Positions 9,318-20,328 are shown, numbered from the stretch's first letter. The stretch is 32,000 bases of DNA from Paramicrosporidium saccamoebae KSL3 (GCA_002794465.1 MTSL01000050.1:75087-107086), one strand, 5' to 3'. The notes: generated from the letters alone by a model not told the origin. A program made the numbers and translations.

Positions 9318-11054
9318 ATGCCATTCAGCAGCCGCCAATCCATTCAACGTGCACTACGCGCGAGCCTGACAAAGCACCTCTGTCGTCAATACAGTGGAGC
9401 AAAGGACGTATCCTTTGGAGACGAGGGGCGTGCAGCCATGGCGCGTGGAGTGAACATTCTGGCCCGTGCAGTCGCAGCGACATTGGGACCAAAGGGAAGA
9501 AACGTTATCATTGAGCAGTCATACGGTGCGCCCAAGATTACCAAGGACGGAGTGACCGTGGCCAAGGCCATCACACTGAAGGACCGAATGGAGAATTTGG
9601 GAGCGGCACTGGTACAGAATGTTGCAAGCAAGACGAACGAAGTTGCAGGAGACGGCACCACCACGGCCACCATTCTGGCACGCGCCATAGTAACGGAGGG
9701 ACTGAAATGCATTGCGGCGGGAGTTAACCCGGCAGAATTGCGCAAGGGAGTGCAATTGGCCGTCAATGAGACAATAGACTTTTTGCGTACCAACAGCACA
9801 AAGATTACAACCTCTGAGCAAATCACGCAAGTAGCGACCATCTCGGCAAACGGAGATCGTCATATTGGAACAATGATTTCCGAGGCAATGTCCAAAGTGG
9901 GAAAGGAAGGTGTAATCACGATCCAAGACGGAAAGACGGTGGAAGACGAGTTGGCAGTGACGGAGGGCATGAAGTTTGATCGCGGCTTCATCTCACCTTA
10001 CTTTATCAACGACACTAAGGAACAAAAGGTGGCCTTTGAGAATCCATACATTTTGTTGTGCGATAAGAAGATTACCTTGGTTTCTGATGTGATTCCGGCG
10101 TTGGAGATTGCGGCCCAACAGCGTCGTCCGTTGTTGATTGTGGCAGAGGATGTGGATGGAGAGGCTTTGGCGTTACTGCTGCTCAACAAACTGCGTGGAC
10201 AGATTGCTGTGTGTGCGGTCAAGGCACCAGGCTTTGGCGATAACCGAAAGGCAATTTTGGAGGATATTGCTGTACTGACGGGCAGCACAGTGTTCAATGA
10301 GGAGTTGGGAGTGAAACTGGACAAACCACAGGTCAACCATCTTGGCTCGGCTAAATCGTGTGTAATCACCAAAGACGACACTGTCTTCCTCAATGGTCAA
10401 GGAGCCACTGAGACGGTTCATGAGCGCTGCGAGGCTATCCGAAAGGCCATTAGTGCCACAACCTCAGACTATGAACGCGAAAAGCTGCAGGAACGTCTGG
10501 CAAAGTTGTCGGGAGGCGTAGCAGTGATAAAGGTGGGAGGTGTGTCTGAAGTGGAGGTGGGCGAGCGCAAAGATCGCTTCGTCGATGCTCTCAATGCCAC
10601 CCGCGCGGCTGTTGAAGAGGGCGTCATTCCTGGCGGCGGTTCAGCCCTCATCAAGGCCGTCCCGCGTCTCCTCGAGCTGGCCTCCAAGGAGAAGAGTAAC
10701 GATCTGCGACTGGGAATCAAGATTGTTGCTGAAGCCATCCAGGCTCCCATCAAGACCATTGTCGATAATGCCGGTGAACACGGGGCGGTTGTGGCTGGCG
10801 AGATTCTCAAAAAGGCCGACACCTTTAACTTTGGTTACAACGCTGCCTTGAGTCAATACGTTGACATGATGAGCGAAGGTATCATTGATCCTCTAAAGGT
10901 GGTGCGTACAGCCTTGACTGATGCATCCGGTGTGGCCTCTCTGTTGACAACCACAGAGGCAATGATTGTGGAGGCCCCGAAGCCCGAAAGTGCGACTCCC
11001 TCGATGGGCGGCATGGGAGGAATGGGAGGCATGGGAGGTGGTATGGGTTATTAA
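9318..11054 (+). CDS. HSP60: Mitochondrial chaperonin 60 (578 aa)
   Basis: GroEL-family motifs [42 protein letters not shown] and GGM-repeat tail. Arg-rich, acid-free N-terminal presequence. Confidence 0.98.
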   Translation: MPFSSRQSIQRALRASLTKHLCRQYSGAKDVSFGDEGRAAMARGVNILARAVAATLGPKGRNVIIEQSYGAPKITKDGVTVAKAITLKDRMENLGAALVQNVASKTNEVAGDGTTTATILARAIVTEGLKCIAAGVNPAELRKGVQLAVNETIDFLRTNSTKITTSEQITQVATISANGDRHIGTMISEAMSKVGKEGVITIQDGKTVEDELAVTEGMKFDRGFISPYFINDTKEQKVAFENPYILLCDKKITLVSDVIPALEIAAQQRRPLLIVAEDVDGEALALLLLNKLRGQIAVCAVKAPGFGDNRKAILEDIAVLTGSTVFNEELGVKLDKPQVNHLGSAKSCVITKDDTVFLNGQGATETVHERCEAIRKAISATTSDYEREKLQERLAKLSGGVAVIKVGGVSEVEVGERKDRFVDALNATRAAVEEGVIPGGGSALIKAVPRLLELASKEKSNDLRLGIKIVAEAIQAPIKTIVDNAGEHGAVVAGEILKKADTFNFGYNAALSQYVDMMSEGIIDPLKVVRTALTDASGVASLLTTTEAMIVEAPKPESATPSMGGMGGMGGMGGGMGY

Positions 11055-11336
11055 GCTGTGCTATTCCAATAACATGCTGTAGAAGAACAATAAAGTCACT
11101 ATAATGGGAGGTGTTATATTAAATGGTCAATGTCGGTATCAAATGACATCGAGCAGTATAGAGGATAAAGAGGGTGCTGTTTACAAGGTTCTGCATATAA
11201 TGTACCTAAAGCGCATAAAGCATTATCAACTAAGCATGACGAATAGATCCATCGTTCATAATTGTTCATCATCGCCTATAACCACTCATAGTCGCCCATA
11301 ATCCCAAGGCTCAAGTGATCCAATGCCGATTCCTTT

Positions 11337-12878
11337 CTACTTCTTCTTGGCACCAATCATCCACTCAAAATGTCCACATCGCGCTTCCGGGTCGTCGTTG
11401 TTGCCCACACCGCGAGCACACGAGTAAAATTTGCGTCCTCGATTGGGCCCCGTTTTGTTGACTGTTCGCAATTGACACGGCTCCGAGTGGCCGCGACAGA
11501 GCGGAGGAGGTTTGCGCTGGAATATTCCCTTCCAATCCTGTGATGCCCGTTCATTGTTTTCAAATTGTTCCAGCACGCCATCAGGCAACTCTTCATCCTG
11601 GACAGTTGATGCTGGCGGATTGGTTTTGACGGGGAAAAAGTCGGTAATCTTTGCTGCCAGAGTACAGGACCTTTTTGTTCCAACCAGAGCTGTTGTCGTA
11701 TCTGCCAACGGCTCCACTATCTGCTGTACTGGCGGGCTTGCTTCCGGGTCCATCTCGAGCGTTTCATCCTTTTTTTGGAAAAAGTCTGACAGGCGTTTTT
11801 GGTTGTGGTGAATTTTTAGGTTCTTCGGTACTGCTGGGGTGGTAATTGGCGTCGGATCCAGATCCAACTCCATATATACAGGACAATGATCTGATCCCAT
11901 CACCTTTGGCAGAATGTCAGAATTTGTGACGGTTATTCCATTAGCGAATAAAGGACCTGCAACCAATATCAGGTCAATGCGTGAGCCGTGATTCGTACCT
12001 CGAGCTGCCATTTGAGTATTCCATGCAGTGTATTTTTGCTCTTCCTTGGGATGAAATGTCCGAAATACATCTCGCAGACCGTATTTCTGCGCTTCCTTGT
12101 CCATAAATAAAAGACGATATAACCAGCTTCTCAATGGCCGGTCATTATAGAACGCCTCAATAACAAGTCGGTCATTGGCACTTACTGTCTCGTCCAGACC
12201 GTGTGTATTATGCAGTCGAATCAATTCTTCGGCCCTTTCGTCTCCAACGCGACTGCAAAGATCCTGAAACGCTCGAGCGTATTCACAGCGATCCCTCGGA
12301 TGGTATGCCACGTTTATGTCGCCCAACAACACAATAGATCGTCCCGCCCGTAATAGTTCCAAACATCGGCACCATAGAGCATCGTAGAACTTTTCCCGAA
12401 AATCTGTGCGTTCGGGTCCAGAATAATTTGGAAAATACACATGAATTAGTACAAAATGGACATGATCAGTAATGATACAACGGCCTTCGCTATCCAGAGT
12501 CCGAAGAATATCCGTGTCGTATTTCTGATTTTCCGTGTTTCCCAGCGACCCAGTCGATCCGGTTGACCCGGTTGATAAGACGCCAGTAAATCCCTCTTCA
12601 TAGGCAATTGGCTCCCATGTGCCTCGTTTGCAATAGGTTACCACCCCGGAATAACCAACCTTCTTGACGGCCTTTTGAAATGTAAAGTAGCCCGTGTACT
12701 CGGACGGCATTGCATATTCTCGTTGTAATTTTGCCACCTCATTTATTTTACTCTCTTGGAAACAAATGATATCCGCCTCCAACGAGTCTAAAAACTCATC
12801 AAACGTCCATCCCTTGGAGATTGCATAGTGTTCGCGGATGCTGCGCAGTCCGTTAACATTAAAAGAAATAATCCTCAT
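11337..12878 (-). CDS. APN2: AP endonuclease 2 (ExoIII family with C-terminal zf-GRF; 513 aa)
   Basis: Motifs MRIISFNVNGLRS, ICFQESK, GYSGV, LLGDINV, GSRIDLIL, GSDHCPV. PIP-like QKRLSDFF. zf-GRF PLCRGHSEPC...GPNRGRKFYSC...CGHFEW. Confidence 0.95.
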   Translation of the reverse strand: MRIISFNVNGLRSIREHYAISKGWTFDEFLDSLEADIICFQESKINEVAKLQREYAMPSEYTGYFTFQKAVKKVGYSGVVTYCKRGTWEPIAYEEGFTGVLSTGSTGSTGSLGNTENQKYDTDILRTLDSEGRCIITDHVHFVLIHVYFPNYSGPERTDFREKFYDALWCRCLELLRAGRSIVLLGDINVAYHPRDRCEYARAFQDLCSRVGDERAEELIRLHNTHGLDETVSANDRLVIEAFYNDRPLRSWLYRLLFMDKEAQKYGLRDVFRTFHPKEEQKYTAWNTQMAARGTNHGSRIDLILVAGPLFANGITVTNSDILPKVMGSDHCPVYMELDLDPTPITTPAVPKNLKIHHNQKRLSDFFQKKDETLEMDPEASPPVQQIVEPLADTTTALVGTKRSCTLAAKITDFFPVKTNPPASTVQDEELPDGVLEQFENNERASQDWKGIFQRKPPPLCRGHSEPCQLRTVNKTGPNRGRKFYSCARGVGNNDDPEARCGHFEWMIGAKKK

Positions 12879-12897
12879 TGCGCCCTGGTCAAGCTCA
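12879..12897. promoter_or_regulatory. 19-nt gap between the divergent APN2 and TOM22 start codons, containing CCCTGG
   Basis: Sequence tgcgccctggtcaagctca, with CCCTGG at 12883-12888. Both flanking N-termini match family-typical starts. Confidence 0.55.
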
Positions 12898-13191
12898 ATG
12901 GTTCAAGTGCGCGAAGTCTCCGCCGCCCCCTCCGACACTGAATACGAAGACGTCAGTGACGACTACACTGACAGCGAAGAGTCTGCTGCGCCGCGTCAAT
13001 GGTCCTGGAGTGGATGGTCTGGGCTGTACAATCGCATGCAGGGACTGTGGAAGATGGCAGGAAGTCTGGCATGGATATTCACCACGTCCCTGCTGTTGAT
13101 CGGATTGCCAGTGCTGTTTGCATATGACCGGGAGAAGAGTCTGAGTGAGCAGCAATTGGGTGGGTTGCCGCCGGTTCCGCTCCCACAATAA
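12898..13191 (+). CDS. TOM22: Mitochondrial import receptor Tom22 (97 aa)
   Basis: MVQVREV start, acidic DTEYEDVSDDYTDSEE cytosolic segment, TM AWIFTTSLLLIGLPVLFAYDRE. The ORF-track start at 12838 overlaps APN2 and is rejected. Confidence 0.8.
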   Translation: MVQVREVSAAPSDTEYEDVSDDYTDSEESAAPRQWSWSGWSGLYNRMQGLWKMAGSLAWIFTTSLLLIGLPVLFAYDREKSLSEQQLGGLPPVPLPQ

Positions 13192-13364
13192 GTAGTCTTC
13201 GGCTGGCAATTGGCGGTCAATTGATAGCTGGTTGACAGTTGTGTTTAATAGAATCTGTGCATTCTTTAGTATTCCGTGTTGTTAAACATTAATTATTGTC
13301 TCTACACTATTGTCCAGTGTCTCCCGTCTACAGAGTATCATACGGACCCTGGAATCCTTCTGGG

Positions 13365-15137
13365 ATGCCCTCACTGATATTACCTAAACGGGCAGTCTCA
13401 TTAAGGCCATTTTCATCCAAAAATCATGTACAATTCTCCAGCCATTTACCATAATACATTTTAGAAAGGACACTATAAGGCAGGACATGGAAAAGGACCT
13501 CTTCGGCCCCACGTCCCGCTCCGCTACTTGCCACCGAGACACCCCACTCAGCCAACACCACCGGCAAAGTCGCATACTTCCATCTCCCCTACACAGAATT
13601 TAAACAACCCAGAGACAGTCAAAAAGACATTGGATTGTCAAGGTCTTGAATTGAAGCGTACATCATCGGGCCCAATTCATCCTGTAGGGATAATGTCAGA
13701 CCGTGCCGCTCCAGGCTTGTCTTATGGACTGGAACGGGTTCTATTTAACCCAGGTGTACATTGGCTCCGGGACATTCGTACAAATGTTTTCAATTACGAT
13801 CCCTTTCTCCGTCAAATCCCCGCTCCGGAAGAGTTTAACTTTAACGCCGTCCCCGAATTCATACCTGCCTCCAAGGACTCTGGACTGCACCGACTTGCCT
13901 CACAGGAAGGCTGTTCTTTTGTCACCTCTACATCATCCATCTCCCAGTCCATGGGATCCATCTATTTTGTGCTATCCAAGATGAAGCCCCTTAACCTGGA
14001 GGGACTATCGCAGCATTTCCTCGAAGAACCAAAGACTTTTACCATGTTGACCAGATCGCCTACCACAGTGTTGCTACGGCCACATGGACCAAATCTAAGA
14101 TCAATTGTGGTGGAGAAAGCCAAGGAGCCAGAAAATGTCCTGCAGAAACTCGGCCAGATGATGGAACGATTGCTCACCGAGCCAAAGGCCAATTTCCAAA
14201 AAATGCTCGCAAATAGTTCCGAAGCCCCGGAGATCCGTGATTCAGAAGCATATGCGTACACGGCGGTACATGGTTAAAACGTTCTTATTGTTTAGGCCGG
14301 ACGGATATTGTTACGATCGCAATTAGACTGTCAGGATCCGCGATTACCTAGAAAGACCTTTGATCTCAAGACGAGGGCCGCTCTCCCCGTGCGGATGGAC
14401 ATTCAAAACTACAAAAATTATCGAGACTATCGGATAATTTCCAACACGGGCCTCTACTCTTCCTATGAACGAGAGTATTTTGACATGTGTCGCTCTGCCT
14501 TTTTGAAATACAAGTAAGATCCCCTATGCGTCCTCATGAACATAGCTTCCAAGTCCGGATCGGCGATATGGACGGCATCTTTGTAGCCTATCACAATGCG
14601 TTTGAAATATTTGGCTTCCAATACGTAAGTCGTGATGAGATGGACGAGCGGATCTACGGAAACTCTGCTACTGGCGACGCCGCATTTAATCTGATTTTGC
14701 AAGTTTACAACGAGCTGCTGGCAGCCATTGTGCCGCTTTACCCCCGAGAACATTCCATCCGGCTGACCTTTTCTTCTGATCGGGCAGGCAACAAATTAAC
14801 CGTCTTTGCTGAGGATGCGGGCCTCGATGAGCTACAACAGGGCGTACAGGTCCGCCAGTTCAATGTCACTCTTGGATCAGTACTAAATGGGTTCCGTACA
14901 GAACATGTACTTCTTGATCCCCGCGGAACAGACGAATGGAAGATTAACATGGCTATTACCCAGACTGCCACCAACCCGTCCGAGTATGATGCTGTGCGTG
15001 CCAAAGTTACTGCCGTGCGCGGTGACCCAGAAGATGGACGTGGAGATAACTTTTTGCGCATCATCAAGGAGAACAATAACACTTTTCCTAGATCAGAAAA
15101 TGTCCCCGATATAACTGCTCCCTGGACAATTTTATAA
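13365..15137 (+). CDS. PET127: Mitochondrial RNA-processing nuclease Pet127; exons 13365-13427, 13465-14265, 14296-14513, 14546-15137 (557 aa)
   Basis: Family motifs LSYGLERVLFNPGV, EFIPASKD, LRSQLDCQDPRLP..TFDLKTRA, FQVRIGDMDGIFVAYHN, FGFQYVS. Introns of 37, 30 and 32 nt join four ORF fragments in frame. Exon 1 gives the presequence-like MPSLILPKRAVSLRPFSS. Confidence 0.9.
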
Positions 15138-15265
15138 ATTTTATAGACACGGGTGCTACACTGATGGACTTGTATTACTAGCAAATGCCCGCTATCCCGG
15201 AGCCGTGGTATATCGGTATATTATTTCACAGTACACTTGTTATCGCTGATGCGGCGATTCAAGCT

Positions 15266-15457
15266 CACAATACACCTGTTGTCTCTAGACTGGTAGTACT
15301 AAGTACACAATAAACTCATCATCTATGGGCCGCCGAGTCAGACACAATACACCTGCTGTCTCTGGACTGGTAGTCCTAAGCACACAATAAACTCACCATC
15401 TCTGGACCGTCGAATCAGACACAATAACCTCCCTACTCCTGCGACTCGGACACAATT
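15266..15457. repeat. Tandem repeat of about 77 bp x2.5, built from alternating 40/37-bp subunits that begin with CACAAT
   Basis: CACAAT at 15266, 15306, 15343, 15383, 15420 and 15451. Units 15266-15342 and 15343-15419 are near-identical. Confidence 0.85.
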
Positions 15458-15579
15458 AAAATCAACCTTGACAGCCAATCAACGCTCAATTAGAAGAGGC
15501 ATCCAATCATTGTGTCCAAATCTTGGTTACTAATAATAGAAGTGTACATATAAACCATCAGTCAAACCGTGACGCCAGA

Positions 15580-17721
15580 ATGACAATAGAACGATCGCTA
15601 ATTCAAGCAAGCGAGATAGTGTCATTGATTACAACACTGCTGTGCAAGTGCTATTTGTTGAGTTCTCTGAATGAATTGACCAAGTGGCGTCAGTATCCCC
15701 GGATCCCAGCCCTCCTGATTCCCGATGCGGTACTCATTCTGCTACTTGGAATGGCCATGCATTTTGCGTTGCGCAGGTCAGAAAAGCGACGCAGCAAGAT
15801 GGGAATGGTCGCTGTGATGGTTTGGTCAGTGCTCACTCTGATGCTCGTGTCATTTATAAACTCGGTGGGAGGCGCCTATTATGAAGTATCGGGGGCAATC
15901 TTCCAATGGTCGACGGGATTTGATTTTCTCAAAGACATTAAAACTGCCGTAGAGTTTGGAGGGGCCAATTCTGGCCCAGCAGTGTTTTGGATGTGGATTC
16001 ATCTGTTCATCTTTTTTGGAGTGGCGGCGCTATTGTATTCCAGGACACGCATGAGGGAGTACTACTCTTTGAATCTAAAGATAATCGAGGATGAAGACGC
16101 TGAAATGGACAAAGACGAGGATGACGAAAAGACTTCCGGTTATGGGCTGTGGATACTAGGCGCAAGCATCACAGTGTATTGCATCTGGGCAATTATGACC
16201 GGACCCAAGGTTGGCAATTGGAACATGCTCTGCGAACCGCAGCTCGTGTCCTTTACCAAGGCCGCCTGTGGTGCAGTATGGTCATCCAATCCCGTTGTCA
16301 TGACCGCCCGTGTCGGGGAGGATGAGTATAAAAATTGCGAAACGATAAGATCCCTATTTGACGTATACACCAAGGCCAAGCAAACCTGCAGCAAACAGTC
16401 AGCACCGGACTTTAGATTCACCAAGCGCACTGAAAATCATCAGATCAAAAATGTCATTTGGGTATATCTCGAATCAGCAAGAAATGACATTATGCCTCTA
16501 AACAAGAATAGCGAATGGGTTAAGAAGAATCTTGACCAGAAGCTCATTGACGAGAATCCCATTTGTCCCTTCTTCAGTTCACTGGTTAATAAGGGCATTT
16601 ATGCCGAGGACGTGCGCACCATTGGGACTTTTACATTAAAGTCTCTACTCGGTGGGTTTTGCAGTGTGGTGCCGTTGCCGGTAAACCGACTGGTTGAATG
16701 GGAAAAGGAGCCGTACCGTAAGTGTTTGCCTCGCATTCTGGAGCAAAACGGCTGGGAGACGCTGTACATGCAGCCGGGTTCGTCTGCCTGGGATCACCAG
16801 CGGGACAATCTGCTCAAAATCGGCTTTAAGAACGCCCTTGGCTTTCAGGAGATTGATGAGGGAATGATTGTGGGGGAGCGCAAATCACGTTTCCAAAGTG
16901 TCAATTACTTTGGACGCGACGATATACCGCTGGTAGAGCCCATGATCGAATGGATTCTGGACAACAAGAAGAAGGGAAAATCATCGTTAGCTGCAATGCT
17001 CACCAACGTCAACCACGATCCATATTACGGACCAGTAGAATGGCCAATGTACAGCTTTATGAAGACCAGTGAGCCCAAAATCAACCGCTACCTCAACACG
17101 GTACGGTACACAGACGCCTTTCTTCACAAGCTGGTCAAGACGCTGGACGAACAGCATCTGCTCGAAGAGACTCTCCTTGTCATTATGGGAGATCACGGCA
17201 TGGCGCTTGGTGAACACAAACGAGTGGGCACAAATGAGAATCCCGAAGAGCCGATGATGAAGGTTCCACTCCTCTTCTACTCTAAAAACAAAGAGTGGTT
17301 GGCCAAAAACCCACCCAGGAGGATTCGCGAGACATGCTCCTCTTTGGACGTCCTGCCAACCATCCTCGACATCTTGAATGAAGACAAGAAGGTACCAGAG
17401 TACGTCTTTACCGACTATTATGAGGGAAAGAGTCTCTTGAGGGACGCTCGCAACAAACTCCAAATAACAACTGTCAATCCTGGTGGACATTCTATCGTTT
17501 TCCACGAGGACGGTCAAAAGGTGGTGGCAAAGTCGGATACGGACGCCGTCTATTATAATCTGAAGCGTGATCCCAACGAAGATGAACCGCTCGCCGAAGA
17601 AGAGCTGGACAGCGATAGCAAAACATTTTTTTCCACCATGATGGGATTTCGCAAGGTGCTCTTGCAAAAGTCGCTTGTTTTCTGGGATGCTCTTGAGGGA
17701 GTGCCACTTGATCTCGAATAA
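15580..17721 (+). CDS. Membrane-anchored LtaS/MdoB-like (sulfatase-fold, alkaline phosphatase superfamily) protein (713 aa)
   Basis: N-terminal multi-TM region, then NVIWVYLESARND (metal Glu), TFTLKSLLG (putative Thr nucleophile), TNVNHDPY, YLNTVRYTD and IMGDHG. No CxPxR. The first ATG is at 15580; an upstream exon is possible. Confidence 0.8.
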   Translation: MTIERSLIQASEIVSLITTLLCKCYLLSSLNELTKWRQYPRIPALLIPDAVLILLLGMAMHFALRRSEKRRSKMGMVAVMVWSVLTLMLVSFINSVGGAYYEVSGAIFQWSTGFDFLKDIKTAVEFGGANSGPAVFWMWIHLFIFFGVAALLYSRTRMREYYSLNLKIIEDEDAEMDKDEDDEKTSGYGLWILGASITVYCIWAIMTGPKVGNWNMLCEPQLVSFTKAACGAVWSSNPVVMTARVGEDEYKNCETIRSLFDVYTKAKQTCSKQSAPDFRFTKRTENHQIKNVIWVYLESARNDIMPLNKNSEWVKKNLDQKLIDENPICPFFSSLVNKGIYAEDVRTIGTFTLKSLLGGFCSVVPLPVNRLVEWEKEPYRKCLPRILEQNGWETLYMQPGSSAWDHQRDNLLKIGFKNALGFQEIDEGMIVGERKSRFQSVNYFGRDDIPLVEPMIEWILDNKKKGKSSLAAMLTNVNHDPYYGPVEWPMYSFMKTSEPKINRYLNTVRYTDAFLHKLVKTLDEQHLLEETLLVIMGDHGMALGEHKRVGTNENPEEPMMKVPLLFYSKNKEWLAKNPPRRIRETCSSLDVLPTILDILNEDKKVPEYVFTDYYEGKSLLRDARNKLQITTVNPGGHSIVFHEDGQKVVAKSDTDAVYYNLKRDPNEDEPLAEEELDSDSKTFFSTMMGFRKVLLQKSLVFWDALEGVPLDLE

Positions 17722-18086
17722 AGGCCTATAATACTGTGTTATATAAGATTAATCAGCCGGGTATTTGAGGATAGTTGCCTAGTTTGAAAAAGACATTTGT
17801 GTAATGTAGAGGATCGATTAACTAGGCATTTGTCCCAATATTGAAGGGAGAGCCAAACGAGGGATGGGGACATCGGCTCGCCAATGTTTGGATACTATGC
17901 TGGTGAGTCCGCACCAGCTGTTTGTCCCCTGTCGCCCATTTCTATTAGCACCGCGGCAATACTCCCACCACACAACATTTATAACCTTTTACATACTGGC
18001 CTTCGCACGCGGGAGAATCAAACCTAATTAGGACAATACCATATTTGGGCTCCACTGACTTTCCCCCATCATCGACCAACCAATCA

Positions 18087-20328
18087 ATGTCGTCGTCCAC
18101 ATCTAACGTTGCCAACCAACGAGAAGGCCGGAACGCATACTGGAGGCCAATTACAGCGGTGCCGGTTAATCTTGAAACGCTACAATACGCAATTCTAAAA
18201 ATAGGAGTGGTTGATTGACATGACGATAGAGAGAACAGTTGTCACAACTACAGGGATTGTTTCCTTAATAAGCACAGCGGCGAGCAAGTGCTACTTGATC
18301 ACCTCGCTGAGCGAGCTGCGAAAGTGGAAGAATTGTGCACGAGTTCCCGCCTTGGTGATCCCTGACATATTGCTTATGACAGCGCTGTCGCTGGGAATGC
18401 TCTGGGCCATAAACATGTCGGGACGACGCAAGAATGGCGTGCTGAGATATGGAATCCTGGGCCTTTCACTGGTGCTCTTTGGTCTGGTTTCCACAATCAA
18501 TTCGGTGGGAGTGGCGTACTTTCAGCAGTCAGGTGCCTTGGTGGAATGGAGCACAGTGTTTGATTTTCTGGTGGACTTTAGGGCTGCTTCGTCCTTTTTC
18601 GTTGCCAACTCGGGACCGAGCTTATTCTGGATTTGGCTTCACGTCTTTTTCTTTGGCTGCGTGCTCTTTTTCCGATGGAAGCGCAATGGGAGTGAATACT
18701 ACACTCCGCTTTTGGCTCCAAAGACACTCGACGAGAGGGCCTCCTATGGTGTCAGTACCTGGCTGTCCGCCATTCTGGTGATATTTTACACAAGCTGGGC
18801 TCTTTTGACGGGACCAAAGGTGGGCAACTGGAGAATGCTCTCCGAGCCGCAATTAGTATCATTTTCCAAGGCGGCATTGGAAGCTCTCTTTGGAGACTAT
18901 TTTATTCGCTTCAGCTCTCCCCATGATGGCGGTGATATGTATGATGAATGCGAAACCATTTCCTCCATGTATGATGTATTCTCGAATCAAAAGCGACGAT
19001 GCACCAAGAGAATGTCTCCCGATTATTCCTTCTTAAGACGTACTCCAAAGAGCGAAATTAAAAACGTTGTCTGGCTGTACCTAGAATCGGCACGCAACGA
19101 CATTTTGCCGTTTAAAAATGACAGTGCTTGGGCAGTGGAAAATTTGAGTGCAGAGTTACGCCAACAAAATCCATTTAGCCCCTTTTTGAGTTCTCTCATT
19201 GAGAAGGGTCTTTACTTTGAAAATTTTCGGACAATCTCCACCTATACCCTCAAGGCCCTGCTGGGTGGACTGTGCAGTGTGGTCCCACTTCCAGCGAATA
19301 GACTGATAGAGTGGAATCTAGAACCGTACCGAAAGTGTTTACCTCGAGCCCTACACGAGAATGGCTGGGAGACTCTCTTTATGGAACCTGGTACAGCCGA
19401 TTGGGAACACCAGCGTGAAAATCTGGCCAAGATTGGCTTCAACACCTCGGTAGCCGTGGAAGAGATGGATGCCGGGATTTTTGTTGGCCCCTACCGATCA
19501 CGGTTCCAAGAAGTCAACTACTTTGGAAATGACGATCTTCCCATTATCGAGCCGTTGATTGATTGGATGAACAAGAACCGACGTGAGGAAAAGCCTTCCT
19601 TTGCCACACTTTTGACAAATGTCAATCATGATCCGTACGACCTGCCAAAGGGATGGGAATCGGTGGACTATGTAAAGAACAATGACCCCAAAGTGAACAA
19701 ATTTCTGAACACGGCCCGCTACACTGATAACTTTGTGAAGGAATTTGTCAAAGCCCTTCAGGACAATGGCATCCTCAAGGACACATTGCTTGTGGTTATG
19801 GGAGATCACGGAATGTCTCTTGGCGAGCATTCCCGCGTGGGCACCAACGAGAATTCAGAGGAGCAACTGCTTAAAATTCCCTGTCTCCTCTATTCAGAGA
19901 ATGAAGCGTGGAGGAAAAAATATCCACCCAAGCGACATTCGGATGTGCACTCTTCACTAGACATGCTCCCCACTATAATGGACATGTTGAATGAGGATCC
20001 GAAAACGCCCACATCTCTCTTCACCGAACATTACGAAGGAGGCAGTCTGGTACGACGACCAAAACGCGACCCATTGCACATTAGTCTGATCAATCCGGGC
20101 GGTCACTCCACAGTCTTTTGGCAGACTGACAAGAAAGTAGTTCTAAAGGGCTATTCCGATGCCGTGTTCTATGACCTGCAGCTCGACCCGCAGGAGAATG
20201 ACCCCAAGCCTATTGACGTTGTGGAAGGGGCGGATGGGAAATGGTTCAATCGGATCCTGAACTTTAATGAGTTGCTGATGCACAAGATGCGACAGGCGTG
20301 GAATTCTACTGCGGAGCCTGTGGAGTAA
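18087..20328 (+). CDS. Tandem paralogue of the LtaS/MdoB-like protein; probable exons 18087-18164, 18205-20328 (alternative start 18220)
   Basis: Same motifs (YLESARND, TYTLKALLG, TNVNHDPY, VMGDHG). A 40-nt intron GTTAAT...CTAAAAATAG joins ATG 18087 in frame. Confidence 0.8.

Noticed and set aside
9386-10856. Numerous 60-230 aa antisense or alternate-frame ORFs over HSP60, APN2, FEN1, SEC9, GAR1 and the LtaS-like genes
   Set aside because: They are shadows of real coding sequence (codon bias, RGG repeats) with no recognisable motifs.
15266-15457. CRISPR-like pattern (short CACAAT repeat with 30-34 nt spacers)
   Set aside because: The spacers are themselves duplicated (A-B-A-B), the repeat is only 6-7 nt, no cas genes are nearby and the context is eukaryotic. 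It is a tandem duplication.
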